From Octopus vulgaris (lineage: Eukaryota): DNA of 64,000 nucleotides. Where the stretch lies: NCBI GenBank assembly GCA_951406725.2, contig OX597838.1, forward strand, positions 25,296,001-25,360,000, written 5' to 3'. This document shows positions 10,561 through 24,100 of this stretch, in pieces. A program made the translations under genes and the position numbers. How positions within the stretch are numbered: the first letter of the stretch is position 1; each line of letters begins with the position of its first letter. Under the pieces are notes generated by a model, which saw nothing but the letters and a program-made list of their open reading frames with translations, ran no database searches and had not been told where the DNA came from.

Positions 10561-13155
10561 CGTGTGGCGGAGGCGAAGCGAGGCAACAGAGCAACCATTC
10601 GGTCTTTGGTGGACCAGAACGGGCGCGAGGTTACCGAACCGAAGCAGATGTGTACGGTGCTTCAGCGTCACTTTGCTCAACTGTTTGGGACGAGTGGTGG
10701 AACGGACAACGGTGCAGACTTCGGTGTGTACCTGGACGGCCTACCGCAACTCTCGGACAGCGAGGCAGAGTACTGTGAAGGACCGATATCTGCCTGGGAA
10801 GTACAGGAAGCGATGAAGAGTTGCACGAGAGGTAGATCGCCGGGTTTGGATGGTCTGCTCTACGAGCTTTACTTTTCAATGCCAGACTTGTTTGCGAGCC
10901 TGTTGGCAAACGTCTACTGCAACTGGCAGCAAAACGGGAAAATTCCTGCTTTTGTCTGTCGAGGGGTGGTGGCTTTGCTGAAGAAGGACCCAAACAAGGG
11001 GGACGTTATAGGGAATTTTCGACCCATCACTCTGCTCAATGCAGAGTTGAAGATTTTGGCCAAGGTGCTAGCCAAGAGATTGGCGCTTGACGTGGACAAG
11101 CTGGTCGGCAAGACGCAGACATGCGCCGTGCCGACCAGGTCGATACACGACAACCTCCATCTCATGCGCTACATCATAGAGAGGGTGGGTAACGACGCTG
11201 GCACGGGTGGGGCTTTGATCAACTTGGAGTAAAGCCTTCGATAGGGTCGACCATCGGTACCTGGCAGCTGTCCTCAAGGCAGCCGGCTTCGGTCCAGTCT
11301 TCCGCGGGTGGATCGCTGTTTTATACAGCAACATCTGCTCGGTGATACGGGTGAACGGTCACCTTTCGGAACCGTTCGACATCTCGCATTCGGTCCACCA
11401 AGGATGCCCTCTCTCCTCCCTCTTGTACATTTTGACTCTCGAGCCATTACTGCGCAAGTTGGAGGCTTTGAGGGGTATCCCGCGCGATCTAGGAGGCGGA
11501 AACAGCGTGTCTGCTTATGCCGAGGACGTCACCGTGGTGGTGTCGAGCCACAGGCACATTGGCCTGATTGGCGAGACACTAAACCAGTACAAAGCGGTGA
11601 CAGGGGCAAAGATTAACGCGGAAAAGTCTGTGGGCTTGCAACTGGGCACCTGGAGAGGCAAGCCCATGCCGTCCAACAGCGTCGTAGGGCGCTGGACAGA
11701 CGGACCCGTTAAACTGCTCGGGGTCTGGTTTGGTCCGGACCTCCAGGTGGATAAGAACTGGGAAGAGGTGACGAGCAGGGTGGCACGTCTCACCCAGAAA
11801 TGGGCCGAGAGGAAGCTGTCCCCGAAAGGTCCAGCTGAGGTGGCGAATGCGTACATTGCATCCGTCATCTATTACCGCTTGACCGTCGTCCCTTGTCCCG
11901 ACTGCTGGTTGGCTAAGCTGGTACGCCTGCTCTTCGACTTTTTGTGGAAGGGTCAGGTGCCACTGGTCAGGCGATCCATCTGCTGTCAACGACCGCTGAA
12001 CGGAGGCCTTGGAATGCCGTGGTTGCTGTTGCGCAGACATGCGCTCAGGCTGCGGCATCTCAAGCGCTTCCTAGACGGTGAACAGGTGTGGTCGTTTTTT
12101 GTCAGACGCGATTTTCCACAGCTCGTCTCTTTGACAGAGCTGCAGACCTGGATCAAACGTAGACCGAGAAAGGGCGCTTGGCACCTCGAGTGCCGTCAAG
12201 CCCTCTCTGCACTCCGTCAGGCGGGCAATGCGATCGGTTACAGCTCCACTCTAGCGTTCTATAGAGGGTTAGTGGAGGAAAAATGAGACGACGTTCTCGG
12301 GGAAACTCTAGGCGTTGAAGACGACGAACTGTGCGGTCTGTTCGGGAGGACTTTCGGGCCGGGGCTGATGGATAATTTCCAGAGGTCGCTCACCTGGCAG
12401 TGCTACCGAGGGGCTCTGCCTGTTCTAGATAAACTCTACCGGCACGGAAGTGCCGTCAGCCGGGCCTGCCCAAGGTGTTGCCAGGACAACGAAACCGTTC
12501 TGCACGCACTCGTCCAGTGCCCGAGTATTGCTGAAATATGGGTTTATGTTGAACAGCTACTGTCGCGTATAGGACGGATCCGACTATCGGCCGAATCCAT
12601 AGTGAAGATTGCCCCGCCGACCTCCTTTAACAAGGAGGGCGAGGCCGTTTTCTTGTGCCTAGTGGCTGTGGTGAAAGAGGTGGTGTGGTGGACTCGTTTG
12701 AAAGGGCTAAAGTCAGACACTTTCCTCTTTGGTCAAGGCCTCATCAACTTTTTCAAATTTCACTTGAAAAGGAAGATGAGGTTAGAGAGGAAAGTGCTGT
12801 CCGATAGCAAGTTTTATGAAAGGTGGGTGAATTGTGCGAGACTGGCCAGTATAAATGGACCAGTTCTCAGGTTTCGCCTGTGATTTCAAAAAGGTAATAC
12901 AAAAGGAGAAAAAAGGGACTCTCTACACCCCTTTTTTGACCAGGCTCCCGTTGGCTTTTGTAGGGTTTTTTCCACCAGGAACCTTTCGAAACGTCTCCCC
13001 CTTTTGGGAGTTTTTCATTGTTTTATAATCATTGTTATTAAGTTTTTACTCGATGTTTTTCAAAAACGGACAAAACCCTTTGTAACCTTTCGTCCTGTAT
13101 TGTCCCTTCATGTTTCAAATCATGCGTGTCAGCCCTTGTGGCCAATAAAAAAGAA
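10561..13155 (+). mobile_element. 5'-truncated non-LTR retrotransposon, L1 superfamily (Tx1-like)
   Basis: GC-rich block with an RT ORF2 remnant. The 3' UTR ends AGCCCTTGTGGCCAATAAAAAAGAA followed by (ATT)n, and ATT-like repeats also flank the 5' end. Confidence 0.9.
10564..12883 (+). pseudogene. Disrupted L1/Tx1 ORF2 (reverse transcriptase plus C-terminal zinc-binding domain; endonuclease missing)
   Basis: Motifs SPGLDG, FRPITLLNAELKILAK, KAFDRV (after a frameshift near 11230), QGCPLS, YAED (YADD decayed), GGLGMP and CPRC..ETVLHALVQC. In-frame TGA at 12284-12286. Confidence 0.92.
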
Positions 13156-13189
13156 TTAATTATTATTATTATTATTATTATTATTGGTT

Positions 13190-13660
13190 AGGTGTGGGCT
13201 CTGAATGCAGAGGACATGCGAACGTGAGAAAGGAATGCGGCTAGTATGCTCTGCTTTATGTGTAATGTAAGTGTACATGTCTGACAGAGTGCTAGTGTTT
13301 TGAGAAAGAAGTTGGCCATAAGAGAAATTAGTTGCTGTGTGCATGAGAGAAGACTGTGCTGATTCGGTCATGTAATGTGGATAGATGCCCATAGCTCCAT
13401 AAAGAAGTGCTGATCTCTCAAAGTAGATGGAATACGTGCAAGTGGGAGGCCCAGGAAGGAATGGGATGACGTACTGAAGAATAACCCCAGGACGCTGAAC
13501 CTTTCAGGTGAGATGACAAAGGATGTTTGGCGCCTTGCTCTACTCAAGAAGACCCGTTCTCTGCAGTAGAAGTGTTACGATTCGTCCCTCTGGTGGTGAA
13601 AAAAACTTGTGGAGGTGTCACGTAAAAGCGCCCGTGCGATGCTATGTAAAAGCGCCATCC
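13190..13660 (+). pseudogene. Degenerate 3' end of an RTE-clade LINE
   Basis: Translates to ERRLC*FGHV ... KVDG ... GRPRKEWDDV (RTE C-terminal RLRWFGHV/GRPRKTW motifs), followed by CACGTAAAAGC units like family C. Confidence 0.65.
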
Positions 13661-14269
13661 CCGACAAAAAAAAAAGAGAAAGGAGATCAAGTCAGCCACG
13701 GTGCCACTTGAACTCAGAACACGAGGTACTCAACTAAAATATCACACGATATTTTGTCCGCCACTCTACCGATTGTATCAATAGCAAGAGCGTCGGACAA
13801 ACTATCTCGTAAAATCTAAGTACGTCTCTTTGCTGTAATTAAATATCGCCAAGTTCGACTTTGCCTTTCAGCCTTCCGGTTTTGGTAAATAAGTACCATT
13901 CAAGTTTTGAAGTCGATTCAAGCAATAACAACTCTCCCACCCAAACGAATAAAATCGTTTGTATTAGAAATCATCATCATTGACACAGAGATGTCACCGA
14001 ATATATTGTCTTTGGATCAGCTTGTGTCATTTTATTGGTCATATTGCCTTTCAGGACTTCGTTTGCTCGGCTGTCTTACAGCGTAAACCCCTTCTAGATC
14101 GTTTAAAGACGACTTCCAGTTATTAGTATAATATAATATATTATATGATCAATACATTATAAATAAATATATTCTGAAAAATGCCAGTGGTGTCCGAATG
14201 GAAAAGAGAGAAGAAAAGCAAAATAGAGAGGTAGTAGAACGGAGACGGACAGAGATAAATAGAGAGTAA

Positions 14270-14600
14270 GTTGAAAAAGAAACAGAGAGAGAGAGAGAGA
14301 GAGAGAGGAAAGAAGAATGTGTGTAATAAAAAAGAGAAAGGCTGAGAAAGATAGACAGAGAGAGAGAAAGAGAAAGAAAAAGAGAGAGAAAGAGCAATAG
14401 AGAAATCGAAAGTTTGTATTTTCGAGCACAGAGAGAGAGAGAGAGAGAGAAGCAGTATATGTGTGTAATAAAAGAGAGAAAGGCTGAGAGAGATAGACAG
14501 TGAGAGAAAGAGAGCGAGAGAAAAAGAGTGAGAAAGAGCAATAAAGAGAAAGCGAAAGTTTGTATTTCTGAGCAGAGAAAGAGAGAGAGAGAGGGAAAGA
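14270..14600. repeat. Purine-rich tandem duplication (~140 bp x2)
   Basis: GTGTGTAATAAAA..GAAAGGCTGAGA..GAAAGTTTGTATTT occurs twice. Confidence 0.75.
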
Positions 14601-14698
14601 GAAAGCGCAAAAGAGTTTGAGAACGAATAAGTGAGATAATTAGAGACACTGAGAAAGAGAGAGTGTAACAGAGAATGTGTTTTAATGGCAGAGAGAGC

Positions 14699-14730
<32 letters not shown>

Positions 14731-14824
14731 TAATGTGTGTATAATAGAGTGTGTCAGTGAGAGGGAAGAGAGAAAACAGAGAGTGAATGTAAGAGAGAGT
14801 CTGTTCCAGAGAGAGAGAGAGAGA

Positions 14825-14855
<31 letters not shown>

Positions 14856-15027
14856 TTTCAGTGATAGAAAGAGAGTGGGAGAAAGTATATGTCTGTGAGA
14901 GAGTATTGTGCGAAAGGAAGAGACAGAGTGAGTAAAAGATAGAAAAAGAGTGAGAGCGCGTAAGAAAGATAAATTAAGATAGAGAGAGAGAGAGAGAGGC
15001 GATTAAAGAGCGACAGAGAGGAAGTGA

Positions 15028-15352
15028 AACAAAAAGAGAGAGAGAGAAGGTTAAAAGAAAGACTGAGAAAATCTAAGAGAGGTATATATAGAGAGAGGTA
15101 GAGAAAGAGAGAGAGGAGATGGAAGGAGAGTTCTAAACAAAAAGAGAGAGAAGCTTAAAAGAAAGACTGAGAAAATCTAAGAGAGGTAGAGAGAGAGGTA
15201 GAGAGAGAGAGGTAGAAAGAGAGAGAGAGCATGGAAGGAGAGTTCTAAACAAAAAGAGAGAGAAGCTTAAAAGAAAGACTGAGAAAATCTAAGAGAGGTA
15301 GAGTGAGAGAGAGGTAGAGAGAGAGAGAGGAGATGGAAGGAGAGTTCTAAAT
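15028..15352. repeat. Tandem repeat, ~105-110 bp x3
   Basis: AAAAGAAAGACTGAGAAAATCTAAGAGAGGTA...ATGGAAGGAGAGTTCTAAA occurs three times. Confidence 0.85.
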
Positions 15353-15527
15353 AAACAGGGTGTTGTTATTATCATATCTTGACTAGCGTGATTACCTCCC
15401 TTGAACGAAGTGCAGTATGGGTGCGGGGTTTTGAGGAACAGGAAAATATTAAAATTTTTATCGATTCTCTTTGATAGCGGGATCCACTGAAAACACCCTT
15501 TTTTATTACCAGGATACCCACCCAACC

Positions 15528-15531
<4 letters not shown>

Positions 15532-15625
<94 letters not shown>

Positions 15626-15630
15626 TATAT
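15532..15630. repeat. (TA)n microsatellite
   Basis: Near-pure TA tract of ~100 bp. Confidence 0.95.
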
Positions 15631-16028
15631 CAAACACCGAAGGGAGGATATATAAATAAATAAATATATATATATATATATATGTGTATATATAGAGGCA
15701 AATGTATATATAAATTATTATATATATAATTATACTCAACGACGACACAAGGAAAAAAAAAAGTAACACATATATATATATATATACATACATACATATT
15801 CATATATATATATACACATATAAATACATATATATATGTGTGTATATATATATGTCTATAATACATAAATATATGTATATATGTATGTGTGTATATATAT
15901 ATATATATCTGGAATAACGGAAGGAATTTAGCTTATTAACCAGAACCACTTCGAGCCGGCGACTTGAGACATCGCAGTGATTTTTCTGTATTTATCATAC
16001 ACCTACACACATATACGCGCGCACCTAT

Positions 16029-16077
<49 letters not shown>

Positions 16078-16782
16078 AATATATATATATATACATATAT
16101 ATATATTTATATATATATATATATATTTACCATATAAATCATTATTATATATAATATAAATTACTACCAAGGATGACTAAGGATCGTCTTGCGGCGCTTA
16201 AAGCGGTGAGTTTCCCCCTTTTTAATTTATCTGTTGATTGCCTTTTCACGTTTTAATTAAATGCTATCTATTCTCTGTTGTACATCCATAAATATTTAAT
16301 ATATTTACTTACTTATATGCCTATATATATATATATATACATTTCTCTCTCCCTCTCTCTATCGGTATCTATTTCGTTCTACATAAAGATATAGAACGTT
16401 GAAAAATAACATCTAGATAGGTATATATACATACATATATTGATGCACACACACGTAGATGTATATATATATATATATTAGAAGAAATGAGGTATATATA
16501 TATATATATATACATTCATCCATCCATCTATATGAAGTGTGTCATGTCTATATCCTTATACATTTGTAGAATAATTAGACACAGCAGTACGTATATACAT
16601 ATACAAGTTAGTTTCGATTGTGACATCTGATTCTGTCTTTGGTAACGAAACAGCAATTAATTCGTTAATTCTGAACCGTTAGAATGAAAGTTAATTTTGC
16701 ATGTCATTCGACAGAATGCCAACTGCAAAGATCACCTGGATGGTTTCTACAAAAAAAAAAATAATACAAAACCCCCTCACAC

Positions 16783-16841
<59 letters not shown>

Positions 16842-16917
16842 ATCTATGTATGTATCTATCTATCATCTATGTATGTATCTATCTATCATCTATCTATTAT
16901 CTATCTGTCTATCTATC

Positions 16918-16971
<54 letters not shown>

Positions 16972-16985
16972 TTATCTATCTATCT
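16783..16985. repeat. (ATCT)n microsatellite
   Basis: Seen directly. Confidence 0.95.
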
Positions 16986-17092
16986 CCGTGTAATTCATTA
17001 ACTTAACACATTACACACATATAACATCTGCATTATTTATACTAATTGAATAACCATAGGGCCGCATAAACACGCACATCGTGCTATATCTA

Positions 17093-17123
<31 letters not shown>

Positions 17124-18057
17124 TCAGTGCATATATGCACGTTCCCTTTTTACACACGAAACAATAAAACCTAATTCACATTGACATACATATCTATATA
17201 TTTATTACACACAAACACACCCACAATTCTGTATATGCACTTCATATACATACATACATACATACATACATACATGTGTATTTGTGTGTGTTAATCTCAC
17301 ATACAAACATAATAAATTCATTAAATGCTATAGCCGTTCTCTCAGATACATATGGCTTGTATGTATGCTCAACAGAAACATATATTATAATTACTCATAG
17401 AAACACACCCACAAATGTATATATATCTACACACTGACACACGTATCTAATCTTTATACATCATAACCATATACACGCACATACATTCTCATACATACAT
17501 TATAGATGGGGTGATATGTGTGTGTGTGTGTGTATTTATATATCTATATATATCTATATATATATTTATCTCTCTCTATATATATATAATTATACAGAGG
17601 CATATGTGTATACAATACAGATGTATACATTTACAAAGTATTTGCTAATTATGTACTGGTATGTAGAATATATACAATGGTATATTTGAGTGTGTGTCTA
17701 TCTATCTATCTATCTATCTATCTAATAATTGATTTAGGCAGCAATAAGCAAATGTGTGCCAAAAAGGAAAACTAAAACCGTCATTAAACATGACTGAGGA
17801 TGTTATATATCTATATATATATATAGATATATATACACACACACACGGTTATTCGCGCTGACAGACATACACACGTGTGTATATAATTCTAGTCATCAAG
17901 CGAAATGAATGTTCTCTAGTCGTGTATGTAATGTCATCTTGTGTGATCACCTGAACAGGAAGAAATCTTTTAAATACACACGCGAACACTCACACGCGCG
18001 TACACCTCCTCCTATATACAAAATGTCACTGATCATTCATAGCCGAACGTGTACGTG

Positions 18058-18091
<34 letters not shown>

Positions 18092-18526
18092 TACACCCTA
18101 TCGCATTATTAACACATATGTCGGTGTGTATGGATGTGTCTGTGATTTTATATATAGCTGTACGTACGCATATTTAATTCATAGAAGTACGTTATACACG
18201 CATGCATGTATACATACATGCATGACATACATTCATACGTAATTTTCCACCACATGCATACATAAGATTTCTCGCACATATTCTATGTAATACATACCTA
18301 CACCTATTACATTTATGTGTATATAATCCTTTACACCTTACATATCTAATTCTAAGAAGCACATCGACCACACACACACACACATATAATCACATACACA
18401 TGTAATTATATATATAGTCCTTTACGTAGACCAACATATATCTAATTCGTAAGTGAACATATCTATACATCAGTTACAAATGTATGTATATATTCTGTAA
18501 ATAATAATAATCATTATAAGCTTATA

Positions 18527-18582
<56 letters not shown>

Positions 18583-19867
18583 TCAACACATGTATATATG
18601 TATATCGTGCATAGATGACATTTCTAATTCATATGATCACACAAAAACACGTCCGTGATACAAATACATACATTATTTATCACATAAATATATAGACACA
18701 CACACACACACACATGTATATGTATGACGACTATCCGTGAACAGTCGATCGTCACAGATCCGAGTTGACCCAGCGAAGCTCGAATTAAATTTTGGGGTCA
18801 TCGATTTGTTAGAAATAGTAATCAAATTGCTCTAAAACTACTACACACCCAGTCGTCTTTTAGATATTGAAAAAGAAAAAAGAAAAGTAAAAAAAAAACC
18901 CCAAAAACGAGATGGTCATGGATTGATTGTCTTCTGTCATTAGCCGGCTCGATCAGTTGCTGACCTGGGGCGAAACAACAAAAACGACCCGTCTGATTCA
19001 TTCATCACTCACTCGTGAATACAGGCACATACATAAACATAATTTATCTCACACACATACACACACACAAACAGTCCATCGGATAGTCATACACACACTT
19101 AATTCTTTCTCACACACACACACACACGCACGTACACACACTCTCACACATACATGCATTTAAAATCTATCACAGGAACACGCTCACACATAAATGTATA
19201 TTATTCACCATACAAGCATACACATATTTAACTTACACACACACACACACACTCGTGCGCGCACACACGTTCACACACACCAATGTGGGTGCCTCTGTGT
19301 GGATGTCCAGTCTGCTAGAAATAGCAACCTAATATTTCTTAAGTCACATCCTGTTGCTACAAATGTGGGAGAGCACATTGGACAATGTAGTTCATGATAT
19401 TAGTTGGTGCTGGGTGGTGGTGGAACACCTCGATGGTCACAGCTGGAACGTCTTTGATCATAGATTTTCATGATCGGAGCTGACTTGGTGTTAAACATCA
19501 AAAACTCATATATGTGTAGCATACATAATCCATTGTAACACGCCGAGGATAAGCGATCTAATGTAATGTGTGTTGTCTGTGTGTGGGTGTGTACGTGTAA
19601 ATGTCTCCTTAGCATGAATGGATATATATAGACACACACGCACACACACATGGGTAGTTGGATAGATATATGAGTGACAGTCAGGAATATGACTAGACAG
19701 ATAAATTTATGGGTGGACATATATGTAATTGAGTATGGGTAGTTAGATATATGCAAGGATATATATATATATATTTCTTTACTGCCCACAAGGGGCTAAA
19801 CATAGAGGGGACAAACAAGGACAGACAAAGGGATTAAGTCGATTACATCGACCCCAGTGCGTAGCTG

Positions 19868-19902
<35 letters not shown>

Positions 19903-20469
19903 TGGAGTCTGATGCAGGCCCTCAGCTTACCAGCTCTGGTCAAACCGTCCAACCCATGCCAGCATGGACAAAGGACGTTAATTGATGATGATGATGATAT
20001 ATGTGTGGGGAGGGATGAAAGGGGGAGAGAGAGAGAGAGATTGGTAGATGTACAAGTGGCTGGGTAGATATACGAATGGACAGATGGATGGATAGTTATG
20101 GGTTGGTAGACAGATATATGGGTAGATAAGTAGAAGATAGACGGGTAGTTGTATATATATATATATATATATGCATACACCCAGGGGGGATAGCTAAGTA
20201 GACATGTGTCGATGGAAGGATAGGTAGATATATCGGTTAATAAACAAACTGAGATACGAATGAATAAGACGACACCTGTATGATGGGTAGATGGAGAGGC
20301 AGGTAGATTGATGGCTTGGTAGGCACACACACACACACATACACACACACGAGTGAGTAGGCAAATGAAGGAAAGTGATACTCATTTGTTAGGAGTTACA
20401 TATATTATTTGATATCAGTTTGATTCAGTTTCTACGGCCTGACGAGATGGGTTCGTTTGACGAGTGCGG

Positions 20470-20528
20470 GAAACTTTAAGTTGCATAGAGCCGAATAAGT
20501 TTAATTCGTCTCTATGCAACTTAGTTTC
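20470..20528. other. 59-nt near-perfect hairpin (pre-miRNA-sized)
   Basis: GAAACTTTAAGTTGCATAGAGCCGAAT pairs with ATTCGTCTCTATGCAACTTAGTTTC. Confidence 0.6.
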
Positions 20529-20626
<98 letters not shown>

Positions 20627-21054
20627 GTGTGTGTGTTTAACTATAGAGATGTAGATAAAGTTGGGTGGTTACAGGCAGATATATGGGTAAACTGGATGCA
20701 GGAGTGATATATATATATAGGTGGATGGATGGCGAAATTGTTACGTGGATCTAAATAAATGGTTCGGTTGTTGGATGGATGGATGGATGGATAAATTACA
20801 TATATATATATATATGAATAGAAAACAGCTCGCTCATTAATGTTGTCTCCTTTTCCTTCTTCTGGTCCTTTTTTTTCCCTTCACTTTTCCCTCTCACATT
20901 ACTTCATATTTCTGTATTTTTCTGACTTATCCCCACCTCTCTCCCTCTCTCTCTCATTTTGTTTCTCTTTCTCTCTGCAAAATTTATAGAACAGTTTTCG
21001 CCTCCCCCAACATGCAAGTAAAAATAAAAGACACATACAGGAACAATGTTACGT

Positions 21055-21772
21055 TCACACACACTCACCTACAGACATGCGAAAGGGTCCTTTCACACAC
21101 ACCGACACACACTCCTACACAGACATGCAGACACGCGAAAGGGTCCTTTCACACACACACACACACACTCCTACACAGACATACAGACACGCGAAAGGGT
21201 CCTTTCACACACACACACTCCTACACAGACATGCAGACACGCGAAAGGGTCCTTTCACACACACACACACACACTCCTACACAGACATGCAGACACGCGA
21301 AAGGGTCCTTTCACACATACACACACACACTCCTACACAGACATGCAGACACGCGAAAGGGTCCTTTCACACATACACACACACACTCCTACACAGACAT
21401 GCATACACGCGAAAGGGTCCTTTCACACACACACACACACACACATTCCTACACAGACATGCAGACACGCGAAAGGGTCCTTTCACACACACACACACTC
21501 CTACACAGACAGGCAGACACGCGAAAGAGTCCTTTCACACACACACACACACTCCTACACAGACATGCAGACACGCGAAAGGGTCCTTTCACACACAGAC
21601 ACACACACACACACACCTACACAGACATGCAGACACGCGAAAGGGTCCTTTCACACACACACACACCTACACAGACATGCAGACACGCGAAAGGGTCCTT
21701 TCACACACACACACACACACTCCTACACAGACATGCAGACACACTGAAAGGGTCCTTTCACACACACACACT
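21055..21772. repeat. Minisatellite, ~13 units of a constant ~39 bp core plus variable (AC)n
   Basis: Core CTCCTACACAGACATGCAGACACGCGAAAGGGTCCTTTC, containing the palindrome GAAAGG-GT-CCTTTC. Confidence 0.95.
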
Positions 21773-22199
21773 CTCTCCCTCACACACACATTCACACACT
21801 CAAGACTTGCTGCCGTTTTGTCATTTCTATCTAAAGGAATGACAGTTGACAGTTTTCACTTCGACGGAACGGCTGGGATACGTTGGCGAGGAGGAGGGAA
21901 ATTTGTTTTAATTTTTATTAATTTCATTACTATTATTAGTTGTACTAATATTCGTTTTATTTTATTTTTAATTATTAATTATTATTGATTTGATTCGATT
22001 TGGTTTCCTTCCTTCCTATGTTTTAAGCAGGAGGTGAATGAGAGGAGCGATGCTTGAGTGCTAGTTTAATGAGAGAAAGAGATAGAAAGGGGGGGGAGAG
22101 CAAGAGAGATAGACTGAGAGAGGGAGAAGAAGAGAGAAAGAGAGATAGGTAGGAAAAGAGCGCGTTGCTGAGAGGAAAGGAAAATGTAGATATACTAAG

Positions 22200-22303
22200 G
22201 ATTAGATAGATAGAGATAGATAGAGAGATAGAGAGATAGAGATAGAGAGATAGAGATAGATAGAGAGAGATAGATAGAGAGAGAGATAGATAGAGAGATA
22301 GAG

Positions 22304-22345
<42 letters not shown>
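22200..22345. repeat. (GATA/GAGA)n microsatellite
   Basis: Seen directly. Confidence 0.9.
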
Positions 22346-23127
22346 GATTTATCTGAGATGTAAGGAATTTAAAAAGTACTGAAAAAATATTTGATAGGCA
22401 TATGAGATAGAAGGGATGTGAGAGGGATTAAGAAAAAAAAAAGAGTGATATAGCTATATATACAGTTAAATATACTGAAAGTATTATACACACACACATA
22501 TATAATATATATATAAATGTATGGGTGTGTGTGTATATATTTATACACATATATATATATGAGGACAGTGAGAGATGTAGCGGTCGATCGATCGAAAGTA
22601 TGATCGATAGATAAATAGCTAGATATACTGAGAGCAAGATAGGTCGATAGAGAAAAATATATATAAAGAGAGTGAAAGAGGGAGAGATTGAGAGATCGAA
22701 CAGTGAAAGCTGTCTGCAGTCAGTGAAAGAGGCGAGGTGGCGGCGGTAGCGGCGGCGGAATGAATGAGAGAGGAAAATGAAAGAATGAAATAAAATTAAC
22801 ATTATAATAAATAAAATAAAGTAAAAAACCAGTCTTCTTAGAAAATGTGTGGAGGTGGTGGTGGGGTGGGTGCGGGGGCATCTTTTTTTTCTTGATTTTT
22901 CTGTTACCCCCCCTTTTTTAAAAAATTTCATCTGTTTACTCTAACCTGGATTTAAAATTTGTCAGAAAGAAGTGTGTATGTATGTGTGAGGTGGTTGGTG
23001 TGATTGCTGTGTGCTGTTTGTTTAACCCCAGGTCAGCCCTGATCTCGCAGAAACTGGCCGTTAATTTTGTGTGTGTCTATGTGTGTGTGTGTGTGTATAT
23101 ATAAGGGACTAAACTTTATATTGAGCG

Positions 23128-23300
23128 TCGTCTGCCGTTACGTTCTGGGTTCAAATTTCGCCGAGGTCGACTTTGCCTTTCATCCTTTCGGGGTCGATAA
23201 ATTAAGTACCAGTTACGCACTGGGTCGATATAATCGACTTAGTCCGTTTGTCTGTCCTTGTTTGTTCCCTCTGTGTTTAGCCCCTTGTGGGTAGTAAAGA
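23128..23300 (+). mobile_element. SINE family B, 5'-truncated
   Basis: GGTTCAAATTTCGCCGAGGTCGACTTTGCCTTTCATCC...TTTAGCCCCTTGTGGGTAGTAAAG. Confidence 0.8.
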
Positions 23301-23825
23301 TATATATATATATTCTTTGAGCCGACAGAAGGGTGTATTATGATTTGAGGGAAATTTGGCTGCTATTACTAAGGTCGAATGTCCGTATAGAGACTCCCTC
23401 ACTAGTGTACAGTGTGTGCGTGCGTAGGGGGGCGGTTGTGGTTTAGATAATTTCTAGAGAGAATGAGAGAGACAGAGAAGGAATGTCAGAAGAGAGATGT
23501 AATTATCACAACCACTCATTCTGTTACTTCGCCCTACCCCTCCACCACCGACATCACCATTTGTCAGAAGACTCCCCACCTCTCCTTTCTCAGACTCCCA
23601 GCAGCGCTCCTAAAGTAACTGCCACCAGTAACTGCTATTATTATTATTATTTCTCCCGGTTATTATTTTTTTTTTTTAGATATCTGAAGGAGAAAATACC
23701 ATAAATGAAATTAAATAATTAAATTACAGATTAAAAAACTACACACACACACATTTGTGTGAGCGTATGTATGTATACACACACCCACACACATATATCA
23801 GCACACTTATACATTCATATGAACG

Positions 23826-24100
23826 TGTATGTGTGTGTATATATATATGTGTGTGTGTGTGTGTGTATAAATATGTATGTGTATATATGTATATATATGT
23901 GTGTGTGTATAAATATGTATGTGTATATATGTACATATATGTGTGTGTGTATAAATATGTATGTGTATATATGTATATATATATGTGTGTGTGTGTATAA
24001 ATATGTATGTGTATATATGTATATATTTATATATATATATATATATATAAATATGTGTGTGTATGTATGTATTTATGTGTATAAATATGTATGTGTGTGT
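23826..24100. repeat. Compound TG/TA minisatellite (~34 bp unit)
   Basis: GTGTGTATAAATATGTATGTGTATATATG repeated. Confidence 0.85.

Noticed and set aside
10564-12883. Active LINE, retron or bacterial RT system
   Set aside because: Motifs are L1/Tx1 type; the copy is 5'-truncated, frameshifted and has a mutated YADD.
20479-20500. miR-153 ortholog
   Set aside because: Only the first 8 nt (TTGCATAG) match; the rest of the mature sequence differs.
21055-21772. CRISPR array (palindromic repeats with GAAAG, regular spacing)
   Set aside because: Spacers are just (AC)n rather than unique sequence, there are no cas genes, and the context is eukaryotic. It is a minisatellite.
21012-21988. Long ORFs of 233-303 aa
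   Set aside because: Open in all three frames because of the stop-free tandem repeat.
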